Of a DNA stretch of 64,000 bases, positions 13,768-25,896 are shown piece by piece (position 1 is the first letter of the stretch; every line of letters starts with the position of its first letter). This DNA comes from Tubulanus polymorphus (taxonomy: Eukaryota; Animalia; Nemertea). The notes under the pieces are model-generated. The model saw only the letters and a program-made list of their open reading frames with translations. It ran no database searches and had not been told where the DNA came from. Both the position numbers and the translations under genes were made by a program. Location of the stretch: contig NC_134030.1 in assembly GCF_964204645.1 (NCBI RefSeq), positions 13,306,957 to 13,370,956 on the forward strand, in the 5' to 3' direction.

Positions 13768-14128
13768 TGGCGTTAAGAAAAAGCCTAGATCTGAGAAACA
13801 AATTATATGGGCAAGAGAATTAGGTAAAAGATCTGCATAATTGAAAAAAGCTAAGAAAAAGAAATTAACTGATATAAATCAGTCACAGACTTTATCTGAT
13901 ATTGATTCAAATAATAATCCATCTAATTCTTCTAATGCTGGAAGTAATAATTACTTATATATTACAATTGGATTAGTAACAGTTATTATATTCTCTGGTG
14001 TAATATATAAATATAAGCATAAATCTGATGATAATGATGATTCCGATGATAATAAACCTATCATACCAGAAAATAAATCAAATCATAAAGTCATTGAAAC
14101 TAAATCTAAATTATTATTAATGGATTAA
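13760..14128 (+). pseudogene. Polinton ORF B (basic N-terminus plus one TM segment), in-frame stop at ~13838
   Basis: Intact homolog at 59425-59781 (MSDDVKKKPRSEKQ...YITIGLITVIIFSGVIY). Confidence 0.8.
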
Positions 14129-14134
14129 AATAAG

Positions 14135-15222
14135 ATAAAAAAAGAACAATATTTAAGATAGTTATATTACAACCCAGAGAGTGAATTATCATATTCTAAC
14201 GTTTCAGAATTATGGGATAAAATTAAATCTGATAAAGAAAATGGTGATATAAAATATAGTGAATTAAGATTGTGGTTACAAAATCAACCGACATATCAAA
14301 TACACAAGAAAATGGATAAAACTTATTTTACAAGAAAAGTTAAGGTTTCATATATCGATCAACAATGGCAAGCTGAATTAATTGACATGAAGAACTTAGA
14401 GGAATACAATAAAGGATATTTCTGGATATTAAATGTTATAGACATATTCAGTAGATACGCATGGTCAATTCCAATCAAAAATAAAACTGGAATAGAAGTG
14501 ACAAATGCTTTTAAATCAATATTTAAAGAAGCTATTCCAGATAAGATACAATTTGATGAAGGTAAGGAATTTTATAACAAACATTTTTAAAAACTATTAT
14601 CTGATAACGATGTAGATTATTTTTCAACACACTCAGATAAAAAAGCATCTATTATAGAAAGATTTAATAAAACATTGAAAACTAGAACGTGGAAATATTT
14701 TACTGCTAATGAAACATACAAATATATCGATATCTTAGATGATTTAGTGAAAGGTTATAATAATTCTAAACATAGTTCTACACATATGCAACCTATACAA
14801 GCTAGAAAAGAAGATAATTCAGAAATAGTTTGGAATAATTTATATGGAGCGTTTGTTACACATGCTTTCGGAGAACCTAAATTTAAAATTGGACAACACG
14901 TTAGAATATCTAAATATAGAAAAACATTTTATAAAGGTTATAGCCCAAATTTTACTGAATAAATAAGATTAAAAAGATAATATTAACTAAACCTTTTTTT
15001 TATAAATTAGAAGATATAAATGATGAGGAAATATTAGGTTATTTCTATGAACAAGAATTATCACTTGTACCAAATCCAGATGAAATAGAATACAAAATAG
15101 AAAAAGTATTGAAAACACAAACTCTTAAAGGAAAAACGTATTCTTTGGTGAAATATAAAGGATATGATGATCAATTTAATGAATGGATTTTATCTAGTAA
15201 AATTAAAAGAATAAATGAATAA
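14135..15222 (+). pseudogene. Retroviral-type (rve) integrase with C-terminal chromodomain, disrupted
   Basis: WQAELIDM (D in copy 2), IQFDEGKEF, SIIERFNKTLK; chromodomain YKIEKVLK...LVKYKGYDDQFNEWI; start codon mutated to ATA; several stops. Confidence 0.92.
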
Positions 15223-15858
15223 AGATTTATTTATATTTGAACCGCATAATATGTTAGTTACTGGTGTGACCAACTGTTGTAAAACACATTTCATATTAGA
15301 CTTGTTAGAAACTATTTATAAGAATCATTTTGATAATATAATATTATTCTGTCCTACATATGAAATGAATAAAACATATAATAGAGATATAGTTAAGATA
15401 AATAAGTTTATTATCTTAGATCCTAAAACAGTAAATTTAGATAATTGTATTAAAATAGCAATTGATATTTATAAAGGTTCAAATACATTATTCATTATAC
15501 ACAAATCAGTTAATGCTACATGAAAAATTTTCAGTGAAACCGAGCATGAGTCACATAATTTCGTGGATACAATACTCTGCGCTTGGAAAATGTCGGTCAT
15601 TTCCAGGATGCTACGGTGAATTGTAAAAATCTATTTACAGAACTGATAAGAAATTCCAACGAGTCATAAAACTGAGAAGTATACATGCGCATATACAAAA
15701 CTACACTTGGAGTAACCGCGAGTTTCAAAAACAGATTTAGATTACTATATATTTCACGAATCATTCGATGAACATCGTATGAATAAATTTTCAATAATAC
15801 ATCATTATAAATAATACATCAATATAAATATTTTCGGATTATAAATGTGCATTCAAAT

Positions 15859-18800
15859 TTAGTAATAGCAACCCCAATGTTTTAGTAATATTTCACAATA
15901 TGTTTTATGTTTATATAGTTGACATTTCTTATAATCTAGCACTGATGGGAATGATCCGCCTTTTTCTATGATATACTGTTTTTCCCATTCTGTTTGAGTT
16001 ATTTTTTGAATCTCTGCGTTTCGCAAGAATCCTCGTTTGAACAACCACCAAAGTATTAAGAAATTCTTTCCGTTTATGTGGTTGCCTTCTTAGCCGTAGA
16101 AATTCATTGACGAGGGGAGTTTCACCCAATAACTCTCTCTAGAGATCGCCAGTGTCCTTTTTCTTCTCCGCATTGACTGAAAAAAATAATTAGATTATTT
16201 ATTACTTAAAAATCGAAATTAGACGCATTGAAATGAATTCTGAAAAGATTAAAAAGCTTACTTTCGGTGTCGAGGGGAGTTTCACCCAATAACTCTCTCA
16301 CGAGATCGCCAGTGTCCTTTTTCTTCTCCGCATTGACTGAAAAAAATAATTAGATTATTTATTACTTAAAAATCGAAATTAGACGCATTGAAATGAATTC
16401 TGAAAAGATTAAAGAGCTTACTTTTCGGTGTGCTACATGTGATTGAAGATATTTTCCTGTACTATATTTTCCTTTTCTTGTACTGAGATCGTCCTCAGAA
16501 GAATCTGTAAATAAAATTATGTATATCATACATGGTCATCTTTAGAGTAAAAAAGCAGCTGACCGTAATCTAAATCATACGATATACACACCTGTAAGGT
16601 TTTGCCTCTCTAATGAGTGTTTTTCGAGGAATAATTCAAGTTTACTTCCACCTGTAAATCCACGTTTTAATTAAATTCACGCTCAAAACTTTCATAATCA
16701 ATTTCAATGTATGGTCTAGGCTATTCAATTATAATAGCGTAATAACATTTTGTAACTTACTTTGTATAATCTGTATTGTTGTTTCATCTGCGGGAAATAC
16801 GGACGATTCATTGACTTTGTCTATACTGGACATATCTGAAGAAATATTTTTGAGAACAGTCAAGAAAATGTAAAAATATATCTTTGAATTTGAAATATCA
16901 TATCAATTAAGTAATCTACCTAGGTCAGAATTAACTATATTTGGTGGCGATGTCATCAAACTAATTTCTCTCGGCTCCATCAGTAAGGATTCGACTCATA
17001 AAATAGCAACACAGCAATTAGCAATCCAATCGAATATAAATATATTGAATAGGGCCTTAATGTGTACACATATTTCTTCATTTCTCTCAACGGTTTCGGA
17101 TTCTTGGTGACGTAGAAACGAGATATCAGGTGACGAGATGTCAGATACCTCCGTAATGCAGTTAAGTTCTACGTCTTCATTCGGATTTTGTGCTGAAAAG
17201 TAAATAAGCGTATTGATATTGGATACATTGAAATATAAAATTATGGGGAAACGGCAGTACTCACAGCAAGGCATATCGTTAATCAAGTCAGTTTCTACGA
17301 TTTCGTCATCAGACATCTTAACTTTGATCATTGGGAGACGTATTTCCTGTTTACACAACAAGTCCAGACAATCATCCCAGCATTTTCTGACATGTAACTC
17401 ACACTCCTTTCTTGAGGATGACCAAAAATGAAATAGCCTTGGAGAGATTCGCTGGTTGTTTTCATCGTTTCCATCCATCCACTCTATTCCTTTGTCGCAT
17501 ACTTTCCACCATGTGTTTTCACCGAGTACCAAATAATCAGAAATCCGTTGAAAATGTGCTTGAACTAGAGATTGTCTCTTACACAGCATGTCCCACGTAA
17601 TAATTGTATTTTTTCCGAATGAAGAGATAACTTTGGTCTCCTTGCTGATTCGTGACACTAGCGTATCTCGTTTATAGCAATTCTGTCGCTCAGCTTGATG
17701 GCGAAAAAAAATATTACCGATAACGTAACCGGGTCTTTTTAGGTCCGAAATACGCTTGCAGTCTCCAAATGTCCTTTCTTCATTATCAGCTAATAGGGAA
17801 CTTAGCGGAATCAAACGGAAGACATCAGCCATATGAGTGGTAATCGAATGGAAATATGATCCATAGAAGCGACGTTTTGTTGTCTTTTTTATTGACGGGA
17901 TACCGATTACTTTTTCACAAAGAAATCCGAACTCGAATGTCAGATTATATAATCGAAGGATGAGCTTTTGCGAACGTTCACTTTCCGGGCTGTAGGCTAT
18001 ATCACTGATTTCTGCAAGTGAAGATACAACTCTTAAAATATCTGTTGATATCAACCCTTCTTTTTCCCATCTTTCACAGTGATTGCACAATCGTACAAGT
18101 TAGTAATCGGGCATCACTCCCTTTAATCGGTGTCTTTCCTGCTAATAACTGGTCGTGAAGACATTTCATTTTTCGTTTGATTTCCTGGTTTTCTATATGT
18201 TCCGGTAGTTCTTCCATGATTAACTTGGACATATTTGCGATATCATGTAGAGTTTCGATTTCGACGATTTCGTAATCATTGGAATTTAAATCATCCAGGG
18301 AAGCAGTTGGTGAATTGAACAGGACACTTGGGACTCGCTTTACGCCGGAAAGTTCTTCGCATAGTGCTTGCTGTAAGTCGGCTTTCAATTTAAGCTCCGA
18401 AATATCAATTTTACGGGCTAAAAGTTCTCCTCTGATGTCATCGACCTTTAAGTTGCTAAAGGGTTCTATTTTGTTTGCATATTTCTTCCACATAATTCCT
18501 TTTGTAACAATGTTTTGTTTTTCAGCAATTGATCGATGACATTTACTGAAACAGTGCGCGAGATTTTCATGTAAATTGGCATTCGCGCCACAGTGGCACT
18601 GATAGTGACCGCCAGAATTATTTCCAGCTTCGAATGAAGCGCCGGTCCATCACCACTAAAATATCGCATCACGTCATAATACGGTGTACCTTGACTCGAT
18701 ATAACAGGTAACCCAAGAGATTTCAAGTCTTCTAATCTTGTATCCATATATATCAATTGGTCTGCCTCGCTAGCTCCAGATCGGCCGATTATATATATCT

Positions 18801-20919
18801 CGGGTATTTCGACGATATTGATAGATCTTCTTTTTGGATATTTAATACGATATTCTTCATCCGTCAAAAAACAGCGCGATCATGATCATCTATAAACTGA
18901 ATCATAACCATGAAATGTGAACAACAATACTAATACTGTGGTCATGCCAAAGTTTCATGTGCCGGGTCCGATGGAAATCGCGAACACAGTGACGAAGAGA
19001 ATCGACACAGCAATTTGCGCTTCGAGATTCACCGATTGTACTTAGATATGATTTCAATTCTTGGTTAGACATATTTTCGTCAAAGTCCCGCAGAATTTCT
19101 AATTTCTCGTGACGGTCTAGTGCATCCTGTCGAATATTTTCTAGCGCCCTTTTTCGACCATACACAATTACTTTCTGTACTTCGAGTTCTCCATTCGAAT
19201 TGATTATTTCTTTTTCGAATTCCTTCGGTGCTACAAGTTCACCCAGATTGATTTCCCCACTTTCAATTTTTCCTTTTATTTCGTTTGATAGTTCCTTTGC
19301 GCTGCGCTCACATGGTAAGGTGATGCGACCATAAAGACGATTTTTGCAGCGTCTCACAGGCTTTGGGATATCTCTTCCTGATATCACGACATTAGTATTG
19401 AATTTGTCGACATTTATTCCTTGCAATTTTGCATATTCCTTTAAGATCTGACCCCCTTTTTACTTATTTTACCATCGTTTCCAGTAACATTATATTTTTT
19501 TGCCATCTCCGACCAGTTTATATGCGTATTTTGTTTCAATGTACGTATTTCAGACAGAAAATCTGTTCTTTCAAAATGGTAGGCGTCGAGACAACCAACC
19601 GGATTCTTTTTGCTTGAGTACCCGCTTTCCTCGGAGATTATACTTTGAGCAACACGATTTGCTGCAGTGGACATTTTCTCCAAATATGTTGCCTTAACAC
19701 GAGTTTGATTTATGATAAACCGCCTGTAAATAAATGGAATTCGAATATTGATTAACATACAGTTTGAAATGCGAAGATTATAAATCCGATACATATCTTT
19801 CAATTCATATCGTCTCATCATGATAAGCTGTAATAGAACCGAACAATTTCAATACATTAACTCTTCTGTGATATCGAGGAGTGTTGCAATTAAGATTATA
19901 CATGTATGCAGAACTCCAAACTTTGCAATGCATTGCCCGATTATTTAGACGTGAGCGCTATAGAATGTATAAATTTCATTTTATCAGCCCATAGTAGACA
20001 AAATTGGCTTTCCCGCCGGAAATAAGTTAAAAAGAAAGATGTAGCTTTTAAGTGAAAACTATTAGCACTCGGGAGTCTACTTGAACTAAAGCGACTGCGG
20101 TTGATAATAGATTAACGTGCTGTATAATAAACATTATTGCAGCAATTCTGAAATTCGGGTGCGTATTTTTTCTACTAACGAAATAGGCGTTGCGCCAGCC
20201 CAGGCATATATACCTATCAGCGTGCAAAAACTGCAATGCAATAGACAACAATTTGTTAATTGGTTTTGTTTACGGTATATATAACTATGTAAAATGGATA
20301 TAAACAATTAAATATTGAAATATTGAAGAAATAAAATTACCTTGATAGCATCTTCAATTGGCTCTTCATACGATTTCTCAAAAATGGGCTTTACTGATTC
20401 GATGATTCTTTTTGCAGCCTTTCTTGCAGCCGTTTTCTGTTTGTTACGGGGCGGTTTCGCATTGGTAATTTCTTTTGAGAACCTCTCTACACACAGTGGA
20501 AGCAGATGATAGTCCTTTGTCTTTTTGCTGACATGGAGACAACTAATATGACCGTCACGAGACTTGCAAGTAATACATCCCTTAAGAGTATGGGATTCCT
20601 TTATATTTTGCGGAAGCTTGACCCAGGATTCATGAGAGAAATACTGTAAAAATTCTTCTTTTTCACCGTTTTGATTTTTATGAAGCCAGTACTGTCTGTC
20701 CTTGAGCACAAGTTCGATCCGTTTTATTTCTCACGCAAAAGTATTAGAATCCTTGAATTTCAAATTTCGTAAATCTTTCGTGATATTGTTATATAGATTG
20801 TATCTTTCACCGGCTGTCAAATGCGAGTTATGACGAGGTTTTGACTCACGTGAATGGAGAAAATGTTTGTCTTTTGTCACTCTAGCTGCTAAAACTTTGA
20901 CAAAATTACAGTAATCCAT
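15859..20919 (-). pseudogene. Frameshifted, probably intron-containing DDE transposase of the CMC/Transib clade with a SAP-like motif
   Basis: KLWHDHS (D1), YFSGDGPA (D2), then after a frameshift FEAGNNSGGHYQCHCG, ETLHDIAN, YFHSITTH, ADNEERTF (E); SAP-like LKVDDIRGELLARKIDI...KADLQQAL. Confidence 0.72.
16110..16431. repeat. 161-bp direct tandem duplication
   Basis: CGAGGGGAGTTTCACCCAATAACTCTCTC... at ~16112 and ~16271, nearly identical. Confidence 0.9.
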
Positions 20920-22329
20920 GATCGAACATGTACCATGATTTTAACGCAAAGCCTAAGTCAGAGAACATTATATCTAAAAACACATTTGTTTGTGGTTTAT
21001 GTTAGTTGTATTTCCCGCCAAATAGCTGTTGCCGACCAACTCGGAACAGTTTCAATTTTCCCTGGTTTTTAATTTCGGAGTTTTATATTTTAAATGGAGT
21101 TTTGTTTATAGGATATAACAAATATTTTGGACAAATACAAATAGTTACATCAATATTAATAAGTGAAAATATTCTAAAGATCTGTAGAAGGATAAAAAAT
21201 GGCTAATTCGTAAACAAAATCCATTCCTATATCTCATTGCCGTTCAATCACAGCGCTTATAATTTCTAAGAAATCTCATATATTATTAATTTACTTATGC
21301 AAGATACTGTAAATAATTCCTTTAATGCGTAGTAGTTGTATCGAATTTAAAGTTGTAGGTAATACAACAAATATAACAAGCGCTATGTGTATAGTGATTG
21401 ACGTCATCCTTCCTAGCAGTGTTACACTGCTGTACTATTTTTAGCATACGTCACAAATCTTTTACTGAAACCTAAAATCTACGCCCACCATTAATGATAT
21501 GAATAAACATATGACGGAAAACGATGGCTAACATATCAACCAAATAGCAGAGTATATGGTCATCTTCAAGTAGTTATTCCATTTTACAAAAATGTGTATA
21601 CATGATATAGGTCAGTCGGTTTTTGGTACCCAAAAATCGTAAAAGTTGACCTAGCAGACCAAATAGACAGACCCAAGCTATAACCATATACTTTTCAGTT
21701 AGATACTAACCTATAGTAAGCCATGTTAATATTCATGTATGCAAGTTTTTAGTGGTGGGCGTGGATTTTGTCGATTCTATTCGGATTTATAGGTAAAGTA
21801 ATTAGCAAATTACGAGAAAAGTAGTGGGCTAATCCGAAATTTTATTTCACAGTTCTCTTCAGCACATGTTGACCTTTCGTATTGGCACTGGTTTTTTAAA
21901 CAAATTATAATTCATAGTAGAACAAATTTAACATTAATCTCCCTAGAATAACAACACATCGAATAGGCTGTACTGCAGCGTGCAGCATTAACTGATTTGT
22001 GTAGATGATTGCCCAAATTTACATGATTCAAAAGTGAGAGAAAGTGAGTTATGTTATCTAGCTTTCTCTGGGAGACATTTTGGGATAACAACATGGGTTT
22101 TAAATCAAAAATATAAGTCAATTGTTAAAGACTTTAGGGAGAATATAAGATTTCTAGTTTTATTTTATAACAAAGATAGAAAATCTATGCAACAATCATT
22201 GGAAGAAAATCAAATTATACCTACTGAATTACATGATGAATATATGAATAAATTAAAGAATAATAAAAGTTCAAAATTATTACTGAGGCTTCAATTTCCT
22301 TATGAATATAAATTTATAAAATAACTATT

Positions 22330-23460
22330 TATATATCTATGTACGAGATGTACGAGTAAGAAACCAAGATTCTTGCAAAGAAAGTAAGATTTCTTGGATT
22401 CTTGGATTCTTACTCGTACGTCTAGTACATAGATATATAAATTATTAAATGAAATATATAATAATGAATAAATCATATATTAAAACATGTTTATAATTTA
22501 TGTTTACAGAGGGGTACAAATACACAGATTCTTGCCAGGAAAGTAAGAAAGTAAGAATTCTTGGATTCTTACTCGTACCTCTCGTACATAGATAAATAAA
22601 TAGTTTTGTAATAATTAAAAATATAAAAATGAATAAATTATATGTTTTCACTTGATAAAAATAAAAAATAGATTATATTATAACTATTTCTGTACTTAGA
22701 TTAATAATTTACATTTTTAATTTAAAAAAAAAAAATTATATATGTATGTACGAGAGGTACGAGTAAGAATCCAAGAATTCTTGGATTCTTGGATTCCTAC
22801 TCGTACCTCTAGTACCTGTCTTACTTTCTTGGATTCTTAGATTCTCACGTACGTCTAGTACATAGATATATATAATAGTTTTATAATAATTATTCTAATT
22901 TTGTCTCTAATACATTTATAAAATCATCTTTGTTTATATCTAATTCACCATAAGTCTTAGGTAGATTTATTAATTCTAGTCGAGCCATCTTTAAACGATA
23001 ATTAGAAGGTATATTAACTTCTTTTCTTAATTTTTCAAAGTATTCATCAAAATCATCATAATAAAAATCAAAACTATGTACGAGACGTACGAGTAAGAAA
23101 CCAAGATTCTTGCCAGGAAAGTAAGAAAGTAAGAATTCTTGGATTCTTACTCGTACCTCTCGTACATAGATAAATAAATAGTTTTGTAATAATTAAAAAT
23201 ATAAAAATGAATAAATTATATGTTTTCACTTGATAAAAATAAAAAAATAGATTATATTTTAACTATTTCTGTACTTAGATTAATAATTTACATTTTTAAT
23301 TAAAAAAAAAAAAATTTATATATGTATGTACGAGTGGTACGAGTAAGAATCCAAGAATTCTTGGATTCATGGATTCTTACTCGTACCTCTAGTACCTGTC
23401 TTACTTTCTTGGATTCTTAGATTCTCACGTACGTCTAGTACATAGATATATATAATAGTT
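22330..23460. repeat. Central array of imperfect palindromes (GTACGAG-TAAGAATCCAAG-AATT-CTTGGATTCTTA-CTCGTAC), including a ~578-bp tandem duplication
   Basis: Units at ~22331, 22500, 22745, 23074 and 23325; 22526-23072 is duplicated at 23104-23665; lies where the + and - gene blocks converge. Confidence 0.9.
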
Positions 23461-23503
23461 TTATAATAATTATTCTAATTTTGTCTCTAATACATTTATA
23501 AAA

Positions 23504-24634
23504 TCATCTTTGTTTAATATCTAATTCACCATAAGTCTTAGGTAGATTTATTAATTCTAGTATTAATTCTAGTCGAGCCATCTTTAAACGATAATTAGAA
23601 GGTATATTAGCTTCTTTTCTTAATTTTTCAAAGTATTCATCAAAATCATCATAATAAAAATCAAAATGATTTCTAAAATTATTTATCAGATAACTTAAAT
23701 CTATTTTTCTAAAATATAATAATTTATATATTTGTTCAGGATTATCTTCTGCATAAGCTAATAATTTATCAAATAACAACTTATAGAATATATAATATTG
23801 GTTAGTTTTAGGATTAAAATATTTGATATATTTCTTTGGGTTATTTAACAATGGTATCATACTCACCATTTTATAAACATTAATTAGATGTAATTTTGAT
23901 TTATAATGAGTATTTTCATCAACAGATTCAATTTTCTTATTACAATATTGACACGTTTTATTTCTTTCTTTTTCTTCTTATTTCTTTTCATGTTCTTCTA
24001 ACTCCCTTTCATTTTCTATATGCGCTTGAGATTTTTTATGTTTAGAAAAATTACTTTTAGAAATATCTAACTTACAAAGGTTACAATGTTTTTTAGAATC
24101 ATCAATTATTTCATTATCTGTTATATCATTATAATTAGTTTCAATTGGGTTAACATTATTTATTACATTATCTGTTATATTATCAATGGTATCATTAGTT
24201 TGAATTGTATTAACATTATTTATTAAATTATCTATTATATTACTATCTGATATATTATTATAATTATTTTCTTTTTCTACACGTTTCTTTGATTTCTTAT
24301 GTGATGCCCACTTTTTATATGATATATATTTCTTATTTACGTCACAATATTTTTCATTTGTCTTTTTGGTTTTGATATCAGGTTCAATCTTATCATCATT
24401 CGATGTAGAAGGTATAACATTATCTTCTATTTTTGTTTCAATATTATTATCTATTTTAGATTCAATATTATCTTCTATTTTTGTTTCAATATTATTATCT
24501 ATTTTACTTATTCTATATTTGAATTGATTAAAGTATTCTCCAAAATACTTACTGTATTCATCATAAGGTATTATATAATATATGTCTGATATCATTTCAC
24601 TTGGACTTTGTATTTCATATATTCCTCCTTCCAT
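23504..24634 (-). pseudogene. Polinton multi-zinc-finger protein, disrupted (two ORF-track pieces of one gene)
   Basis: HCNLCKLDISKSNFSKHKKSQAH; after a stop and frameshift TCQYCNKKIESVDENTHYKSKLH leads into the 23869-23504 ORF. Confidence 0.65.
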
Positions 24635-25896
24635 TTATTATATAAATTTTTATTAAAATTAAAATTCTAATACATACCACTATTTAATTGAGAATTTACA
24701 ATATTTAATTGCGCGTCAGATATAATATAAATGTGCATTTTGAAATTTTTGATTCCTTTCTACTTTTTCATGAATAATTGTATTCCATCTTTTGTATTTC
24801 GTAATTTTTTTTCCAGAACCATGTAATGAATTATCCTCTTTTGTTCTGGAATCTAACCATAATGCATATTTATTGCCGGTATGATAATCAATTTGATTAA
24901 TATTACAATTTTCAGATGATTTTACTTTTTCATTCATAAAATGTTTTCTAATTTCTGGCCACTGATCTATCATTCTCATTCCTTGGCAAAATATCTTATT
25001 TGCTATACCTTCGATAGTTATTTCTTCTTTTGTTATTTCAGGATTATAATACTTATCAACCTGTATTGCACCATTAGAGTATGTTGCAATTGTGAAAAAT
25101 ATTAATATACCTTTAATAGATCTTCTTGGGAAGTTAATATTCTCATTAATTATTTTATCACTTGCATTAATAGTTACAGTTTTAAATTTATCAATATAAT
25201 CATATAATAATGAAAATCCTTGATTGTATTGAGTTTGAATTGTGTTAGCAATATTTTCATCAGTTAATGTATCATATTCTAAACTTATATTCGATAATTT
25301 ATAACCCATATCTTTGACAACGCTAGATAATACAATTTCATTTACAGGAGCAAATGTTATCTCAAATATAACATCTTCTTGAATTGCATATTTATACAAA
25401 GGTGCATTATTATTTATAAATTCAAAGTCTAATGGAATTTTACATTTGCTTCCATATATCCTTTTTATCAAACTATCTACGTCATTGGCTACTACTGCAT
25501 TATTGGCTTCAGATCTTAATTTATTTTGGTTTTCTGATTGGATGCCTTGAAATATCATATTATTTCTATTTTCTTTAGTTAACCATAAATCTTTATAATG
25601 CATAAATAAATTATAATCATCTAATGAGAAAACTGTTTCTGGACCAATCTTTATAGTTAATTTTTTAATCAAATATCTTCCAACATTATCAACAACATAA
25701 TTATTATTATCACCAGTTACTTTTATATCGGCTGATAAATAAATGCTTTTTGGACATAAAAAGTATTTTGTGTTAATCTAGGGATTCTAACATATAAAGT
25801 TTCATCGGGATTAATATTAGAAGGGTTATGAGTTATTATATGATGTGATCTTCTGCTTTAATGGCATTAGATATTCTATGATTCTTAGAAGTACTT

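Larger units (their letters stand above)
15500..22001 (-). mobile_element. 6.5-kb DNA transposon, CAC termini, TA TSD, CMC(EnSpm/Mirage/Chapaev)/Transib-clade transposase
   Basis: TIR CACAAATCAGTTAATGCT (18 bp perfect); TA at 15498-99 and 22002-03; transposase fragments inside. Confidence 0.88.
15215..22324 (+). pseudogene. A32/FtsK-type packaging ATPase, split by the insertion at 15500-22001 (pieces 15215-15499 and 22004-22324)
   Basis: Walker A GVTNC(C)KT (G in copy 2); joining the flanks restores Walker B TLFIIDDC, followed by SGRHFGITTWVLNQ. Confidence 0.92.

Noticed and set aside
15500-22001. ProtoRAG or true RAG1-like transposon
   Set aside because: TSD is 2 bp rather than 5 bp, there is no convergent RAG2-like gene, and no heptamer-spacer-nonamer structure; only clade-level motifs are shared.
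22330-23460. CRISPR-like array
   Set aside because: Units vary in length, spacers are duplicated rather than unique, no cas genes are present, and the context is eukaryotic.
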